This document shows, piece after piece, positions 49,144 through 60,337 of a stretch of DNA of 64,000 bases (position 1 is its first letter; every line of letters begins with the position of its first letter). Position numbers and translations under genes: made by a program. Origin of the DNA: Limnothrix sp. BL-A-16 (GTDB taxonomy: Bacteria; Cyanobacteriota; Cyanobacteriia; CACIAM-69d). The DNA is taken from positions 2,080,001 through 2,144,000 of the forward strand of contig CP166615.1 in NCBI GenBank assembly GCA_041937175.2. Direction: 5' to 3'. The notes below the pieces were generated by a model. That model was given only the letters and a program-made list of their open reading frames with translations. It made no database searches and had not been told where the DNA came from.

Positions 49144-52100
49144 GTGCCCAAACCTCTGATGCCGTAAGGCGTTGAGCACAGTTGGGGTGGGTTAACTCAA
49201 AACCCCACAAACGACCGGGTGCCCAAACCTCTGATGCCGTAAGGCGTTGAGCACGTTGCTGTGTTCATGGGTGAAAAAAGGCGGGATAAACGTGCCCAAA
49301 CCTCTGATGCCGTAAGGCGTTGAGCACTCAAATTCTTGAGGCATCAGATTGAAGACCCAGTAACAGTGCCCAAACCTCTGATGCCGTAAGGCGTTGAGCA
49401 CCTGAAGAGAACCCGCTGGGGTTGTGGCGTTCGCAAGTGCCCAAACCTCTGATGCCGTAAGGCGTTGAGCACGTCCCTTGATTCAGATAGTCGCACCGCC
49501 AACGCTCGAGTGCCCAAACCTCTGATGCCGTAAGGCGTTGAGCACACTAACCTGAGTCGCCGCAATCACCACGCCGATCGTGCCCAAACCTCTGATGCCG
49601 TAAGGCGTTGAGCACGCCGCGTTGGCGCGATTGTTGTCACTGACAGCCCCGAGGTGCCCAAACCTCTGATGCCGTAAGGCGTTGAGCACGGTAGACAATT
49701 GGCTATCCTTATGGGTATACGACTACCGTGCCCAAACCTCTGATGCCGTAAGGCGTTGAGCACTCAAGTATTCTGCTGGCTGAAGCGTTTGAAGGTCAAG
49801 GTGCCCAAACCTCTGATGCCGTAAGGCGTTGAGCACGAAGCTGGCGACGCGGGGAATGGGTACGCACCCGGGTGCCCAAACCTCTGATGCCGTAAGGCGT
49901 TGAGCACCCAAGGCACGATTGGCGCTGCATTAAATCCGATGGGTGCCCAAACCTCTGATGCCGTAAGGCGTTGAGCACTTTTGCCCGTGAGAACTTCACA
50001 CTGAATCCCGACTCTGTGCCCAAACCTCTGATGCCGTAAGGCGTTGAGCACTTGAGGTGGATGGCAGGATCGAACACGTTGATGGGTGCCCAAACCTCTG
50101 ATGCCGTAAGGCGTTGAGCACCCCTCTGTAGCTTGATTGTAGGGGATTGGGGCATGGTGTGCCCAAACCTCTGATGCCGTAAGGCGTTGAGCACTGCAGC
50201 TTTTGGTTAAGGCGCGGGGCGGGGCAGGTGTGCCCAAACCTCTGATGCCGTAAGGCGTTGAGCACAGTTTTGGGCCCACGCCCTGGCGGTTCATGCGGCG
50301 ACCGTGCCCAAACCTCTGATGCCGTAAGGCGTTGAGCACCTGCAAGGGCTGGCGGGCGTGGCGGGCGTGGTTCCCGGGTGCCCAAACCTCTGATGCCGTA
50401 AGGCGTTGAGCACATTGTGATAGTCGAGGTGGTTTGGTTGGTAATTTGTGCCCAAACCTCTGATGCCGTAAGGCGTTGAGCACGGACAACGATCCTTACC
50501 CGATCGAATCACTCAGCGGTGCCCAAACCTCTGATGCCGTAAGGCGTTGAGCACACGGGTGCGGCTGTCGGGTTCGGTGGAAAGAACCGTGCCCAAACCT
50601 CTGATGCCGTAAGGCGTTGAGCACGCACTCCCCGCGAATTTTAGCTCTACGGAGCATCTGGTGCCCAAACCTCTGATGCCGTAAGGCGTTGAGCACGCTC
50701 AAGAGGTCGAGTTTTTTGGGGAGGTAGAAACTGTGCCCAAACCTCTGATGCCGTAAGGCGTTGAGCACAAAGAGCGCCTTGCCACTGTCTCGCCAGACAC
50801 GGTTCGTGCCCAAACCTCTGATGCCGTAAGGCGTTGAGCACGCGACACGCTCACCCTGGCAGGGACTAGCCCTGAAGTGCCCAAACCTCTGATGCCGTAA
50901 GGCGTTGAGCACATCAACCCTCTGGTGCAAGCCATGAACAGGACTGAGCGTGCCCAAACCTCTGATGCCGTAAGGCGTTGAGCACGAGCTAACCGAGCTA
51001 ATGCAATCTTGTAACGCTGTTTGTGCCCAAACCTCTGATGCCGTAAGGCGTTGAGCACTCGTTTGCCATGGTTTTGGATTTTGGGCCGGTTGCCCGGGTG
51101 CCCAAACCTCTGATGCCGTAAGGCGTTGAGCACGCCTCATGGGCGTTTACGGCTGTGGACGGGTTGCCAGAAGTGCCCAAACCTCTGATGCCGTAAGGCG
51201 TTGAGCACATCTGCGCAATCCCCTCTCTCAGGGAGTATCCGTGTGCCCAAACCTCTGATGCCGTAAGGCGTTGAGCACTTGATCCGGTAGTGTCCGATCT
51301 CCATGTCATCGCAGAAGTGCCCAAACCTCTGATGCCGTAAGGCGTTGAGCACAAGCACCCAGCAGGGCAGCGGTTCCCCAGTCGGTTCGGTGCCCAAACC
51401 TCTGATGCCGTAAGGCGTTGAGCACCTTTCCCAAGCCGACTGATGCACGGCGATCGACAGCCGTGCCCAAACCTCTGATGCCGTAAGGCGTTGAGCACAC
51501 CAGAGACCGCCCGGAAATACTGCTGGCAGACCTGTGCCCAAACCTCTGATGCCGTAAGGCGTTGAGCACCGAAGTCGCACCCCCCGCACTATTTTTTGGC
51601 GTGAGGTGTGCCCAAACCTCTGATGCCGTAAGGCGTTGAGCACGTGCAAGCGGTGATCATGTGAAATCGACTCCACCTCCGTGCCCAAACCTCTGATGCC
51701 GTAAGGCGTTGAGCACGTTTCTAACGCCTTTTTGAGTTCGATCTTGTATCTAAGTGCCCAAACCTCTGATGCCGTAAGGCGTTGAGCACCCGCGCACGCC
51801 CGGAGCAATTTGCTGCAAAGACATAGACGTGTGCCCAAACCTCTGATGCCGTAAGGCGTTGAGCACGATCAAGGCGATCGCGGTGGGGACTGCTCCAAAC
51901 AGTGCCCAAACCTCTGATGCCGTAAGGCGTTGAGCACAATCGTTAAAATCCAAAATATACTATTCCAACCCCCAGGTGCCCAAACCTCTGATGCCGTAAG
52001 GCGTTGAGCACAGGCAAGTTTATCTAGGGTTAAGGGCTAGATACCTGGTGCCCAAACCTCTGATGCCGTAAGGCGTTGAGCACTCTGACTTGATCGATCC

Positions 52101-52444
52101 CGACAGCCACCGCCCTTGTCGTGCCCAAACCTCTGATGCCGTAAGGCGTTGAGCACCAAATCGAGCGGAATCAGATCCGCCCTGAGGCGATTTTGTGCCC
52201 AAACCTCTGATGCCATAAGGCGTTGAGCACTGCTTCCGTGGGCTTTAGGGGTCATGAAAAGACGTTCGTGCCCAAACCTCTGATGCCGTAAGGCGTTGAG
52301 CACTTGTTCATGCCAACCGAATAGCGTGAACCACTCAAGTGCCCAAACCTCTGATGCCGTAAGGCGTTGAGCACTCAGTCAGCAGCCAGTAATAGCCGTT
52401 GCGCGGTTGTGCCCAAACCTCTGATGCCGTAAGGCGTTGAGCGT
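49144..52444 (+). CRISPR. Type I-B CRISPR array: 46 repeats of 36 bp (GTGCCCAAACCTCTGATGCCGTAAGGCGTTGAGCAC), 45 spacers of 34-41 bp
   Basis: Counted manually; repeat 43 has G>A at 52215; terminal repeat 52409-52444 ends GT instead of AC, giving orientation. Confidence 0.97.
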
Positions 52445-52462
52445 AGCACAGCACAGCACAAA

Positions 52463-52505
52463 AGAGCGATCGGGATAAGGCTTCAAACCTGCCCCCGATC
52501 GCCCT
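52463..52505. terminator. Hairpin between array end and convergent small gene
   Basis: AGAGCGATCGGG...CCCGATCGCCCT. Confidence 0.5.
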
Positions 52506-52514
52506 ACCCACTTT

Positions 52515-52784
52515 TCAACTCAACGACAACAGCCGCCGCATCAGGCTCATCACCTCACCAGGATTTTGGGTTGGCTGCATCGGTGACCATTCGTACAACT
52601 CCGCAAAGCCGCGCAGATACAACACACGGATCGTGTTTTCCACCGCACGCGGCGACCCAATCACCATCACCTTCACCGTTTCGCGCCCGTCCAATCGCAC
52701 GGGCAACGGATCGAGCGCGGATTGCCCCTCAGTCAAGGATTCCGGGGCGATCGGCGTTTCCACAAAGTCAGTTACAGTCGTCAT
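52515..52784 (-). CDS. Small conserved cyanobacterial hypothetical protein (89 aa)
   Basis: AGGAGG RBS; RE.VKV.VIGS..AV..TI..L...GFAE..EWSP..PT..PGEVMS pattern. Confidence 0.8.
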   Translation of the reverse strand: MTTVTDFVETPIAPESLTEGQSALDPLPVRLDGRETVKVMVIGSPRAVENTIRVLYLRGFAELYEWSPMQPTQNPGEVMSLMRRLLSLS

Positions 52785-52920
52785 GGCCGTTCCTCCTGAA
52801 ATGAATTGGCCGTTGGCACAAGCAAAGCAAGATCAATGAGGCATCAGTCTCCACCCACTATTGAATGTGATGGGGACTTAGAGCAGCTTTGCAAAATCTC
52901 ACTTACTTAGACTCTTTTTA

Positions 52921-52949
52921 AGTTTAATAGTCCAATCTGTATACGTCAA
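52921..52949 (-). promoter_or_regulatory. Near-consensus sigma70 promoter for the 89-aa gene
   Basis: Minus strand TTGACG-N17-TAAACT; TAGTCCAA repeat in the spacer (52928) and at 52963. Confidence 0.6.
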
Positions 52950-53018
52950 CCGATCAATTTACTAGTCCAAATGGTAGCCAATTTACGAAACCTATAGGCT
53001 TTTGAGAGGATTGAGCCT

Positions 53019-53249
53019 ATGGGGAAAGCCGGACAAGTTTTAAAGCAAGTTTTGACCTCGCACGATGTCAGTCAGTATGCCCTCGCCGCCAAACTGGGCA
53101 TCGAGCGAACCACCGTATATCGCTGGTGCAATGACGTGCGCGATCCTAGTGGTGACACGATCGTGGCGATCGTCACAGCCTTAAAAAAGCTAAATCCAGA
53201 AGCGGCGCGGGACTTCGTGCGGCTATATTTGGGCGAAATTGTGGAATAG
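53019..53249 (+). CDS. XRE-family HTH transcriptional regulator
   Basis: 76 aa; VSQYALAAKLGIERTTVYRW...RDP. Confidence 0.85.
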   Translation: MGKAGQVLKQVLTSHDVSQYALAAKLGIERTTVYRWCNDVRDPSGDTIVAIVTALKKLNPEAARDFVRLYLGEIVE

Positions 53250-53380
53250 CCGATCGCCCATTTTTTTGAATTTTTAGCCCCCAGCGCCTCCAATTTTGGC
53301 AAGTTGACGATCGGGCAATCTAAGAAGATCAATAGACAATATTCAATCTTCAAAAAAGATTTGTCCTTCAATCCACTGCT

Positions 53381-54568
53381 ATGGAAACCAATGTTTTAGT
53401 CGTCGGAGCCGGGCCGGCAGGCGTGGCCAGCTCCATCACCCTCAGCCAGCGGGGCATTGACCATGTGCTGATCGATCGCGCCATTTTTCCCCGCGACAAA
53501 GTGGACGGCAACGCCTTTGGCCAGGATCTGTTGGCAGCGTTCGATCGCCTCAATCGCGCTGGTTTGACAGCAGCCCTCCTCGCCAGCCCCGACCTGTTGC
53601 CCTGTCCGGCCGGCGCTTGGATTTTCAGCGATCGGGGCGATCGCTACCAACCCCCCTTGCCCCACCCGGCCGACCAAACCCCGATTTACACCATGGATCG
53701 CCAGGCCATGGATGCCCTGCTGTTGGGGTTTGTGGATCGATCGACTGCGGATCTGCGGCTGGGTTGTGAATTGGTGGCCCTGGAACCGGCGGGCGATCGG
53801 TTGGCGGCAGTGTTGAAAATCGGTGAGCAAACGGAAACCCTGCACCCCAAGCTCGTAATTGGAGCCGATGGGGCCCGATCGCGCGTGGCCAGCCTGTTGC
53901 TGAACCCCACCGAAGACCCCACCGATCGGGCCCTGACGCTCCACCGCTACTACCGCAACGTGGCCGGCTTCGAGCAGCCCCACATCGAAGCACACTATAT
54001 TCAACCCCTCTTGCCGGGATTTTTGTTCATTGCTCCCTTGGCCGATGGGCGGTTCAAAGTTGGCTTGGGCACTAGGGCCGATCAAATTGGCAACGATCCC
54101 GCCCGCCTGTCTGGTTTGCTGTCGGAAGTGATTGCGGCCAAGCCCTGGCTGCGGGAACGCTTGGCAACCGCAGAACCCATCAGTGAGCCGGAAACCTGGC
54201 CCATGACCTTTGGTGGCTCGGCCCAGATCCGCCGATCGGGCGATCGGGTGTTGCTGGCGGGTGACGCGGCCGGCCTGTGCAATCCGCTGACGGGGTTTGG
54301 CACGGCCAAGGCGATCGACTCGGGGCGGTTGGCGGCGGCCGTGGCCGCGACGGCCATTCGGGTGGGCCAGTTCGATCGCGCAGCCCTCTCCGCCTACGAT
54401 CGCGACTTGCAGCGACTATTCGATCAGGAGTTTGTCCTGTCCCGTCGGATCAATCGCTGGAATCAGTCCCCCTGGTTTATGAACTTCTTGACCGGGCGAT
54501 CGCTCCCTCGGCGCTTGCTGCAATCGGCAAAAACGCTCCACCGTTGGGATGCCCTGGTGCAGGTTTGA
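53381..54568 (+). CDS. FAD-dependent oxidoreductase, geranylgeranyl-reductase family
   Basis: VVGAGPAG, FPRDK, IGADGA.S, LLAGDAAGL.NPLTG. Confidence 0.85.
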   Translation: METNVLVVGAGPAGVASSITLSQRGIDHVLIDRAIFPRDKVDGNAFGQDLLAAFDRLNRAGLTAALLASPDLLPCPAGAWIFSDRGDRYQPPLPHPADQTPIYTMDRQAMDALLLGFVDRSTADLRLGCELVALEPAGDRLAAVLKIGEQTETLHPKLVIGADGARSRVASLLLNPTEDPTDRALTLHRYYRNVAGFEQPHIEAHYIQPLLPGFLFIAPLADGRFKVGLGTRADQIGNDPARLSGLLSEVIAAKPWLRERLATAEPISEPETWPMTFGGSAQIRRSGDRVLLAGDAAGLCNPLTGFGTAKAIDSGRLAAAVAATAIRVGQFDRAALSAYDRDLQRLFDQEFVLSRRINRWNQSPWFMNFLTGRSLPRRLLQSAKTLHRWDALVQV

Positions 54569-54740
54569 GCAGGGGCGATCGGTTGCCCTGGGTTCAGCGG
54601 CCTTGAACCGGCAGGCACAGATTAAGCAAACAGCAATCTAGTGTTAACGGTTGCTTAAGCCCCGGCCGATACAGTGGCCAAGCTCCAAGGCACGATTCGA
54701 TCGTTCGGGAGCTTCTGCCCACTGTTGTTTCCTGTGCTGT

Positions 54741-56672
54741 ATGGCCACCACAATTTCGACCTTCGATTGGAATAACCGTCCGCTGTTGGGCACAACAGCC
54801 ACGACCAACCCCCGCAACCCTTCCCAAACCACGCCCGGTCAGCAGATTTTTCTGGGCGGGTTTTCCGGGTTAGCCTTCGAGGGAAGAGATGCCAACGGGC
54901 GGTTGCAATTCCTGACCCATACCGATCGCGGCCCCAACGGCGAGCCTACCAACCTGTTGCGCGATGTGCCCGGCAGCGAGCGGCCCTTCGCACTGCCCAA
55001 TTTTCAGCCGCAGTTAATTCGCTTTTCCTTGGATCCGGCCACTCGTGCCTTCACCCTCACCGAGACGATCGGGCTGAAGGCCGCTGACAATCGCCCGATC
55101 ACCGGCCTACCCAACGTGCAAGCGGCCGCCTCCGGTGCAGCCTACACGGACGAAGTGCCCGTGGACTTGTTTGGCAACCGACTCACAAACGACCCCGTAG
55201 GCATTGACTCGGAAGGGGTGGTGGTGGCCCCCGATGGCTCGTTCTGGATGGTGGATGAATATCGCCCCGCCATCTATCAGTTCGATCGCACCGGTAAACT
55301 CCTGAACCGCTTCATTCCCCAGGGAACCGCCGCCGCTCAACAGCCCGCCGGCACATTCGGCACGGAAATCTTGCCCGCTGTCTATGGGTCGCGACGGGCC
55401 AATCGCGGGTTTGAAGCCGTGGCCTTGGATGGCAACAAACTCTATGCCTTCATCCAAAGCGCGATCGACAATCCCGACAGCACCGCCGACACCACCTCCC
55501 GAGGATCGCGCAACCTGCGGATCGTGCAGTTGGACATCAGCACCCGCGAAGTGACCGCCGAATATCTCTACATCCTTGATGACATCACCCGCAGTGGCGA
55601 TGGACGCACCGACAAGATTGGGGATGCCGTGGCGATCGGGGGCGGCCAATTTGCCGTCATTGAACGCGACGACCTGACCGACACCAGCTCCAACAAATTG
55701 ATCTATCAGATCGACCTAGCGGGCGCGACCAACATCAATTCCCCCGCCAATTTGCGTCAACTGCCCCCCGGTAAAACGATCGAGCAGCTAACCTACGCAG
55801 AACTCAAAGCGGCCGGCATTGAACCCGTTGCCAAGCGGTTGCTCGTGAACGCCGCAGAAGCGGGCTATGTGAACGTGGACAAGCCCGAAGGCCTGGCGCG
55901 GGTTGATGCCAACACCCTCGCGATCGTCAACGACAACGACTTTGGCTTGGCGGCCGACACCCTGCCCGGTAACGGCACCGTGCCCTTTGAAACGGAAGTC
56001 ACCCCCGTGCGATTGGGCTTGATTCGGTTTGATGAGGCCCTGCCCGTAGCGCGGGAATTTCGCGGCACCAACGCCGCCGATCGACTCGATGTGCGGGGTG
56101 GCGACAACCAGGTTTTCGGCAACCAAGGCAACGACAGCCTCGCGGGCAACCAGGGCAACGACACCCTCTATGGCAACCAAGGCAACGATCTTGTGCGCGG
56201 TGGACAAGATGTAGATGTTTTGTTCGGTGGCCAGGGCGATGACCAACTGTTTGGCGACCTGGGCAGCGATTCCCTATCGGGCGACCAAGGCAACGACACC
56301 CTAACGGGCGCAGGCCTCGACAGTCTCCGGGGCGCTGGCGAAATCGACACCCTCGTCGGCGGAGCCGGTAGCGATTTGTTTGTGTTGGGCAACAGCAGCG
56401 GCGCGTTTTACAGCAACACCAACAACAGCAACCCCGGCTTGGGTGACTACGCCCTGATCACGGACTTCAGCCCCACGGACGATCGCCTGCAACTGACCAG
56501 CGGAGCCACCTACGTCCTGGGCACGACCACCGTGGATGCCACGGCGCTGGGTCTGTTCATCGACAACGACGGCACGGCAGGCCTCAGCGGCGGCGATGAA
56601 CTGATTGGGGTGTTGCGCGGTCGCTCAACGGCGGAAGCCAGCGCGATCGCCAGTCGATTCCTACTGGTCTAG
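54741..56672 (+). CDS. Esterase-like activity of phytase family protein with RTX Ca-binding repeats
   Basis: GGFSGL, TDRGPN, DSEG, DEYRP, NRGFE, DKPEGL, NDNDFG; C-terminal G.QG.D.L nonapeptides. Confidence 0.85.
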   Translation: MATTISTFDWNNRPLLGTTATTNPRNPSQTTPGQQIFLGGFSGLAFEGRDANGRLQFLTHTDRGPNGEPTNLLRDVPGSERPFALPNFQPQLIRFSLDPATRAFTLTETIGLKAADNRPITGLPNVQAAASGAAYTDEVPVDLFGNRLTNDPVGIDSEGVVVAPDGSFWMVDEYRPAIYQFDRTGKLLNRFIPQGTAAAQQPAGTFGTEILPAVYGSRRANRGFEAVALDGNKLYAFIQSAIDNPDSTADTTSRGSRNLRIVQLDISTREVTAEYLYILDDITRSGDGRTDKIGDAVAIGGGQFAVIERDDLTDTSSNKLIYQIDLAGATNINSPANLRQLPPGKTIEQLTYAELKAAGIEPVAKRLLVNAAEAGYVNVDKPEGLARVDANTLAIVNDNDFGLAADTLPGNGTVPFETEVTPVRLGLIRFDEALPVAREFRGTNAADRLDVRGGDNQVFGNQGNDSLAGNQGNDTLYGNQGNDLVRGGQDVDVLFGGQGDDQLFGDLGSDSLSGDQGNDTLTGAGLDSLRGAGEIDTLVGGAGSDLFVLGNSSGAFYSNTNNSNPGLGDYALITDFSPTDDRLQLTSGATYVLGTTTVDATALGLFIDNDGTAGLSGGDELIGVLRGRSTAEASAIASRFLLV

Positions 56673-56833
56673 ATCGGCTCCTCCCGTTTGGATCGCTCGT
56701 TTTCACAGGGAGCGACGGCCCCTTGTGAAACCCCCAACAACCAACCATTTCATAGTTACTTCATAGTTACTGCAAGGGGTTATCCTTGGCGGATTGCCGC
56801 TCGCTGGACTGCGTTGGCAATCCGCCAGCAAGA

Positions 56834-57397
56834 TTAACCCACAAGATCCGTATCCTCATAGATCTCCGCGATCGAGATCGAAACATTAACACTCGTTAAT
56901 TGCATCGGATCGCTCGGATTCGCCAGTTGCCACTCACCCCGATCGCTCTTTTGAAACAGCTCGATCGCCTGGCAATCCGTCGAAACGAGCACATACTCAG
57001 TCAGGCTGGGAATCGTGCGGTAATCAGCGAATTTTGCGGTGCGATCGAACCGGGCTGCGCTGGGCGAAAGCACTTCGATAATCAGGCGGGGATAGCTAAT
57101 ATATTGTTCATTATTGGGGCGATCGCGATCGTCGCAAGTCACCACAACATCGGGATAGTAGAAAGCGTTACTTGCCTCGATTCGCAGCTTCATTCCTACC
57201 AAGAAAACACTACAACCAGAACCCCGAAGCTGAGTTCTTAGCGCAACGAGTAAGTTACCAGCGATCGCATTTTGGTTCAGCGTGCTGCCAGTCATAGCAA
57301 AGACTTCACCATCGCGATATTCGTGACGGATTGGGCTGACTTCTTCGGCGGCAAGGTAATCAGCGGGGCTGATATAGAGCGGATCGGGGGCGAGCAT
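56834..57397 (-). CDS. Uma2 (DUF820) family putative endonuclease
   Basis: RHEY.DGEVFAMTG, YYPDVVVTC, IIEVLSPS, IPSL.EYVLV. Confidence 0.88.
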   Translation of the reverse strand: MLAPDPLYISPADYLAAEEVSPIRHEYRDGEVFAMTGSTLNQNAIAGNLLVALRTQLRGSGCSVFLVGMKLRIEASNAFYYPDVVVTCDDRDRPNNEQYISYPRLIIEVLSPSAARFDRTAKFADYRTIPSLTEYVLVSTDCQAIELFQKSDRGEWQLANPSDPMQLTSVNVSISIAEIYEDTDLVG

Positions 57398-57440
57398 GGG
57401 GAGTCTGGTAGGGCATGGCTCGATCGTAGCAAGCCACTCA

Positions 57441-57542
57441 GCGCGTGGGAGCAATGGGAAACGATGGGAGCCAATGAGATTCAGGTTTAGGGCGCGTGGG
57501 AGCAATGGGAAACGATGGGAGCCAATGAGATTCAGGTTTAGG
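57441..57542. repeat. Exact tandem duplication, 2 x 51 bp
   Basis: 57441-57491 identical to 57492-57542; includes stop codon of the pentapeptide gene. Confidence 0.92.
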
Positions 57543-59604
57543 GGTTTAAAAAGCCTTTCAAACCGGCTACCAATGTACTGACTACGATGCTGTCAGTGAC
57601 TTTTTCGAGGCTTTTTTCAATGGCGGTGGTTCCGGCTTCTCGCAAGCTACTGAGGAGGCGATCTTTGAGGGCAGGATTGCGATCGACTTCTGCTAGCACT
57701 TCGGTAGCGATCGCCATTTTTTGCGGCACGGTGGGCTGAGGATAGGGAGCAGCAGCAGATTGAACCAGTTGAATCAGTTCGTTGAGGGTTTGTTGGTTGA
57801 ATGAATCAGTAATTTTGTCACCGGTAACTTTGTCACCCATCACTTTGTCGCCACCCACATTGTCGCCACTTCCATAGTGATTTTGAGTAGTCATTTCGGT
57901 TTTATCTCCAGTCACTGTAATCAAGGGTTGCGGGCTTTTTGCACCCATGAGTAGGGCAAAAAATTGTTGATTGGTTTCTTTGGCTGCAGTCAGTTCGGCG
58001 GCAGTTCGACCGGCGGCGAGTCCTTGCTGGTAGCCTTGATCAAAGATTTTTTCGGCGTTGGCTTTGTCGAGGGTGGGGTCAACTTGCCAAGTAATCAGTA
58101 CATCATTGCCCTTGCGCTCAATGGATTGCAAGTTTGCCGGATCGAAGCCGGGTTCAGACTTTTGGAGGGTTTCGACGGCGGCGCGAAAGGCAATGGGGTC
58201 AATGCCATTCCGGATCAGGGTTTGCAAGACATTGAGGGACTCGGTAAAAAACTTTTCAAAGTCACCGGGTTCAAAGTTTTTGTTTGGATTGTGGGGGCGG
58301 CGTTCTTGGTGTCCATCTTCGTTGGGGGTTTCTAGCAGAAATACATAACGGCTTTCAACTTCTTTGAAGCAGGTGGTGCTGTCGTAGTTAAGGCCTTGGA
58401 GGCGCACACCAGTCATCTGAGCAGCGGTGAAATCAGTGCCAATCGCGTTGGTTTCGGTGAAGATAGCTTGATTGAGGGTTGCACCGGCCAAGGTGGCTCC
58501 AGAGAGGTCAGCGCGAGAAAAGTTGGCTCCCGTCGGAAAAACAAAGTTAGCTAAGTTGGCTTCGTGCAGGTTCCAGCCCACGAAGTCGGTGTGATCAGTT
58601 TTTTGGCCGCTGAGGAGCTGGCAGACCCGAAAATCAGCCAAAATCGACTGACCCGACCGAGCTTGGTTAAGTTTGTTTGCACCATAAAAGCGAACTTGAA
58701 AAAGGTTGGAACAGTTGAAGTTTGCTGCTTTAAGTATGGCTTTTTCAAATGTCACCGATTTTAGATTGGCTTGATAGAAACGGGTGCCACCCAAAGAAGA
58801 AACAATGATTGAAAGATCGTGAATGATTTTGTACTGTGGATTGCCTTTTAAGGCTTGGTGAGCAACATGAATTCCGAAGATAATCAGCACAGCCGAGGAA
58901 ACAGCTCCTGATACCAAAATGACTTGGTCGCTTCCAGCGACGGCGACGGCGATGACGATGGTAACGGCGAAGGCGACAGCGAAGGCGACAGCAACAGCGA
59001 AGGCAACGGCGAAGGTGACGGCAACAGCGAAGGCGACGGCAACGGCGAAGGCGACGGCAACAGTAAGGGCGACGGCGACGGCGAAGGCTGCGGCGAAGGC
59101 TCCACCAATGGCGACGGCAGCGGTGAAGGCGACGGCAGCGGTGAAGGCGACGGCAACGGCGACGGCGACGGTGAAAGTGAGGCTCTTGAATACAGCCTCT
59201 GTAAAACCTTGTTTGATGAGGGCAATGAGGCAGCTGATGGCTAACGCTGCTGTAAAGCCTGTCGCTAGTGCAGCAAAGCCAGACTTTCGCAAAGTATCGT
59301 TAGCATAAAACATTGTAATCATCCAGCCAGGGAAGAAACTGACAAGTCCCATCAGCGCTGAGATAATAACTATCACTCCCAACTGCACCGCTAGCCACCG
59401 CTTCTGCAAGCCTGTGCGACAACCACTAAAGTTTGCCCCCACCAGCGTTGCGCCACTGAAGTCGGCACTGTGGAGTTGGGCTTCGGTAAAGTCCGCCCCC
59501 GTGCAATCTGCGCCCCGAAAGTTAGCCCCCCGCAAGTTTGCGCACCGAAAGTCTGCCTGTTGCAGGTCTTTGCGCCCTGCGTAGTTCTTGCCTTTGTGGG
59601 CCAT
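57538..59604 (-). CDS. Pentapeptide-repeat membrane protein with Ala/Val/Phe low-complexity tract
   Basis: A(D/N)(L/F)xx repeats at N-terminus and middle; hydrophobic (AVAF)n region; RRP....F.PGDF..F domain. Confidence 0.85.
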   Translation of the reverse strand: MAHKGKNYAGRKDLQQADFRCANLRGANFRGADCTGADFTEAQLHSADFSGATLVGANFSGCRTGLQKRWLAVQLGVIVIISALMGLVSFFPGWMITMFYANDTLRKSGFAALATGFTAALAISCLIALIKQGFTEAVFKSLTFTVAVAVAVAFTAAVAFTAAVAIGGAFAAAFAVAVALTVAVAFAVAVAFAVAVTFAVAFAVAVAFAVAFAVTIVIAVAVAGSDQVILVSGAVSSAVLIIFGIHVAHQALKGNPQYKIIHDLSIIVSSLGGTRFYQANLKSVTFEKAILKAANFNCSNLFQVRFYGANKLNQARSGQSILADFRVCQLLSGQKTDHTDFVGWNLHEANLANFVFPTGANFSRADLSGATLAGATLNQAIFTETNAIGTDFTAAQMTGVRLQGLNYDSTTCFKEVESRYVFLLETPNEDGHQERRPHNPNKNFEPGDFEKFFTESLNVLQTLIRNGIDPIAFRAAVETLQKSEPGFDPANLQSIERKGNDVLITWQVDPTLDKANAEKIFDQGYQQGLAAGRTAAELTAAKETNQQFFALLMGAKSPQPLITVTGDKTEMTTQNHYGSGDNVGGDKVMGDKVTGDKITDSFNQQTLNELIQLVQSAAAPYPQPTVPQKMAIATEVLAEVDRNPALKDRLLSSLREAGTTAIEKSLEKVTDSIVVSTLVAGLKGFLNP

Positions 59605-59986
59605 AGCACATTCGCCAAAAGTGTAGTAGCAAATCTGGCTCCCAACAGAGCCAATCAGCTAGGCATCAACCTTAGCCCTTAAAGCTCAAAATCGCCCAAC
59701 TAATCACATAAAATCCACATAAGCACGCTTGTGCTACTTCTCACTATGAATTCAGGTCGATTGAGTTAGCCAGTTACCATTCGGCGCGATCATTCCGTTG
59801 AAGCGCCTCGATCGCCTAGCACTCAGTCAAAATGGAAACTGTGGTCAAAAGCCTGCGCCTACCTCAAACCCTACCTGACCAACCCCGATCGCCCCGATCG
59901 CAACAACCCCAAAGTCTGCGACTATCCCCCATCGCCCTGACAAACTAGCTAATGCGCCATAACTAGCCCGATCCAAAAGCTCTAAG

Positions 59987-60337
59987 ATGAAGCTAAAAGA
60001 TATTGCCAAAACTATTTTTATTGATCCTCGAAAACTCCAAGACTATGCCCTAAATCCCCAACATCCCGTTGGAGGCGCTAAAGCAAGATTGTTTCAAACC
60101 CAGCTTGGCTTCACTCAAAGCAACTATCAATTGTTGATCGATCAAATTGCTATTCATGCGCCTGAATCAGAAGCAATTCCAGGATTAAGTGATGAATATG
60201 GACAGCGCTATCAAGTAGATTTCTGGATTTTGGGTATTGAGCCTGAACAACAAGAAATTGTTAGAACAGGTTGGATCATTAAATCTGATGAAGATATTGC
60301 CAGATTGCTGACAATCTATATCCCGAGGCGTAAATGA
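59987..60337 (+). CDS. DUF6883-like protein
   Basis: IDP.KL.DYALN..HP.G..KA..F...LGF...YG.RY......RTGWI. Confidence 0.7.
   Translation: MKLKDIAKTIFIDPRKLQDYALNPQHPVGGAKARLFQTQLGFTQSNYQLLIDQIAIHAPESEAIPGLSDEYGQRYQVDFWILGIEPEQQEIVRTGWIIKSDEDIARLLTIYIPRRK

Noticed and set aside
50484..50518. Spacer 19 shares CCTTACCCGATCGA with the Type ISP gene (~7715-7728, minus strand)
   Set aside because: Only 14 contiguous nt including the over-represented CGATCG; the rest mismatches, so self-targeting is unsupported
51867..51901. Spacer 38 shares GGCGATCGCGGTGGG with 14343-14357 (minus strand)
   Set aside because: 15-nt match built on HIP1; plausible by chance
49192..52303. Many minus-strand ORFs with repeated LNALRHQRFGH / CSTPYGIRGLGT
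   Set aside because: Translations of the CRISPR repeats, not genes
41126..53249. Possibility of a type I-B CRISPR-associated transposon
   Set aside because: Intact cas3 is present and no tnsA/B/C or tniQ genes or Tn7-like ends are visible
58884..59308. Pro-Ser, Ala-Thr and Gly-Asp-rich ORFs
   Set aside because: Alternative-frame shadows of the repeat tract in the pentapeptide gene
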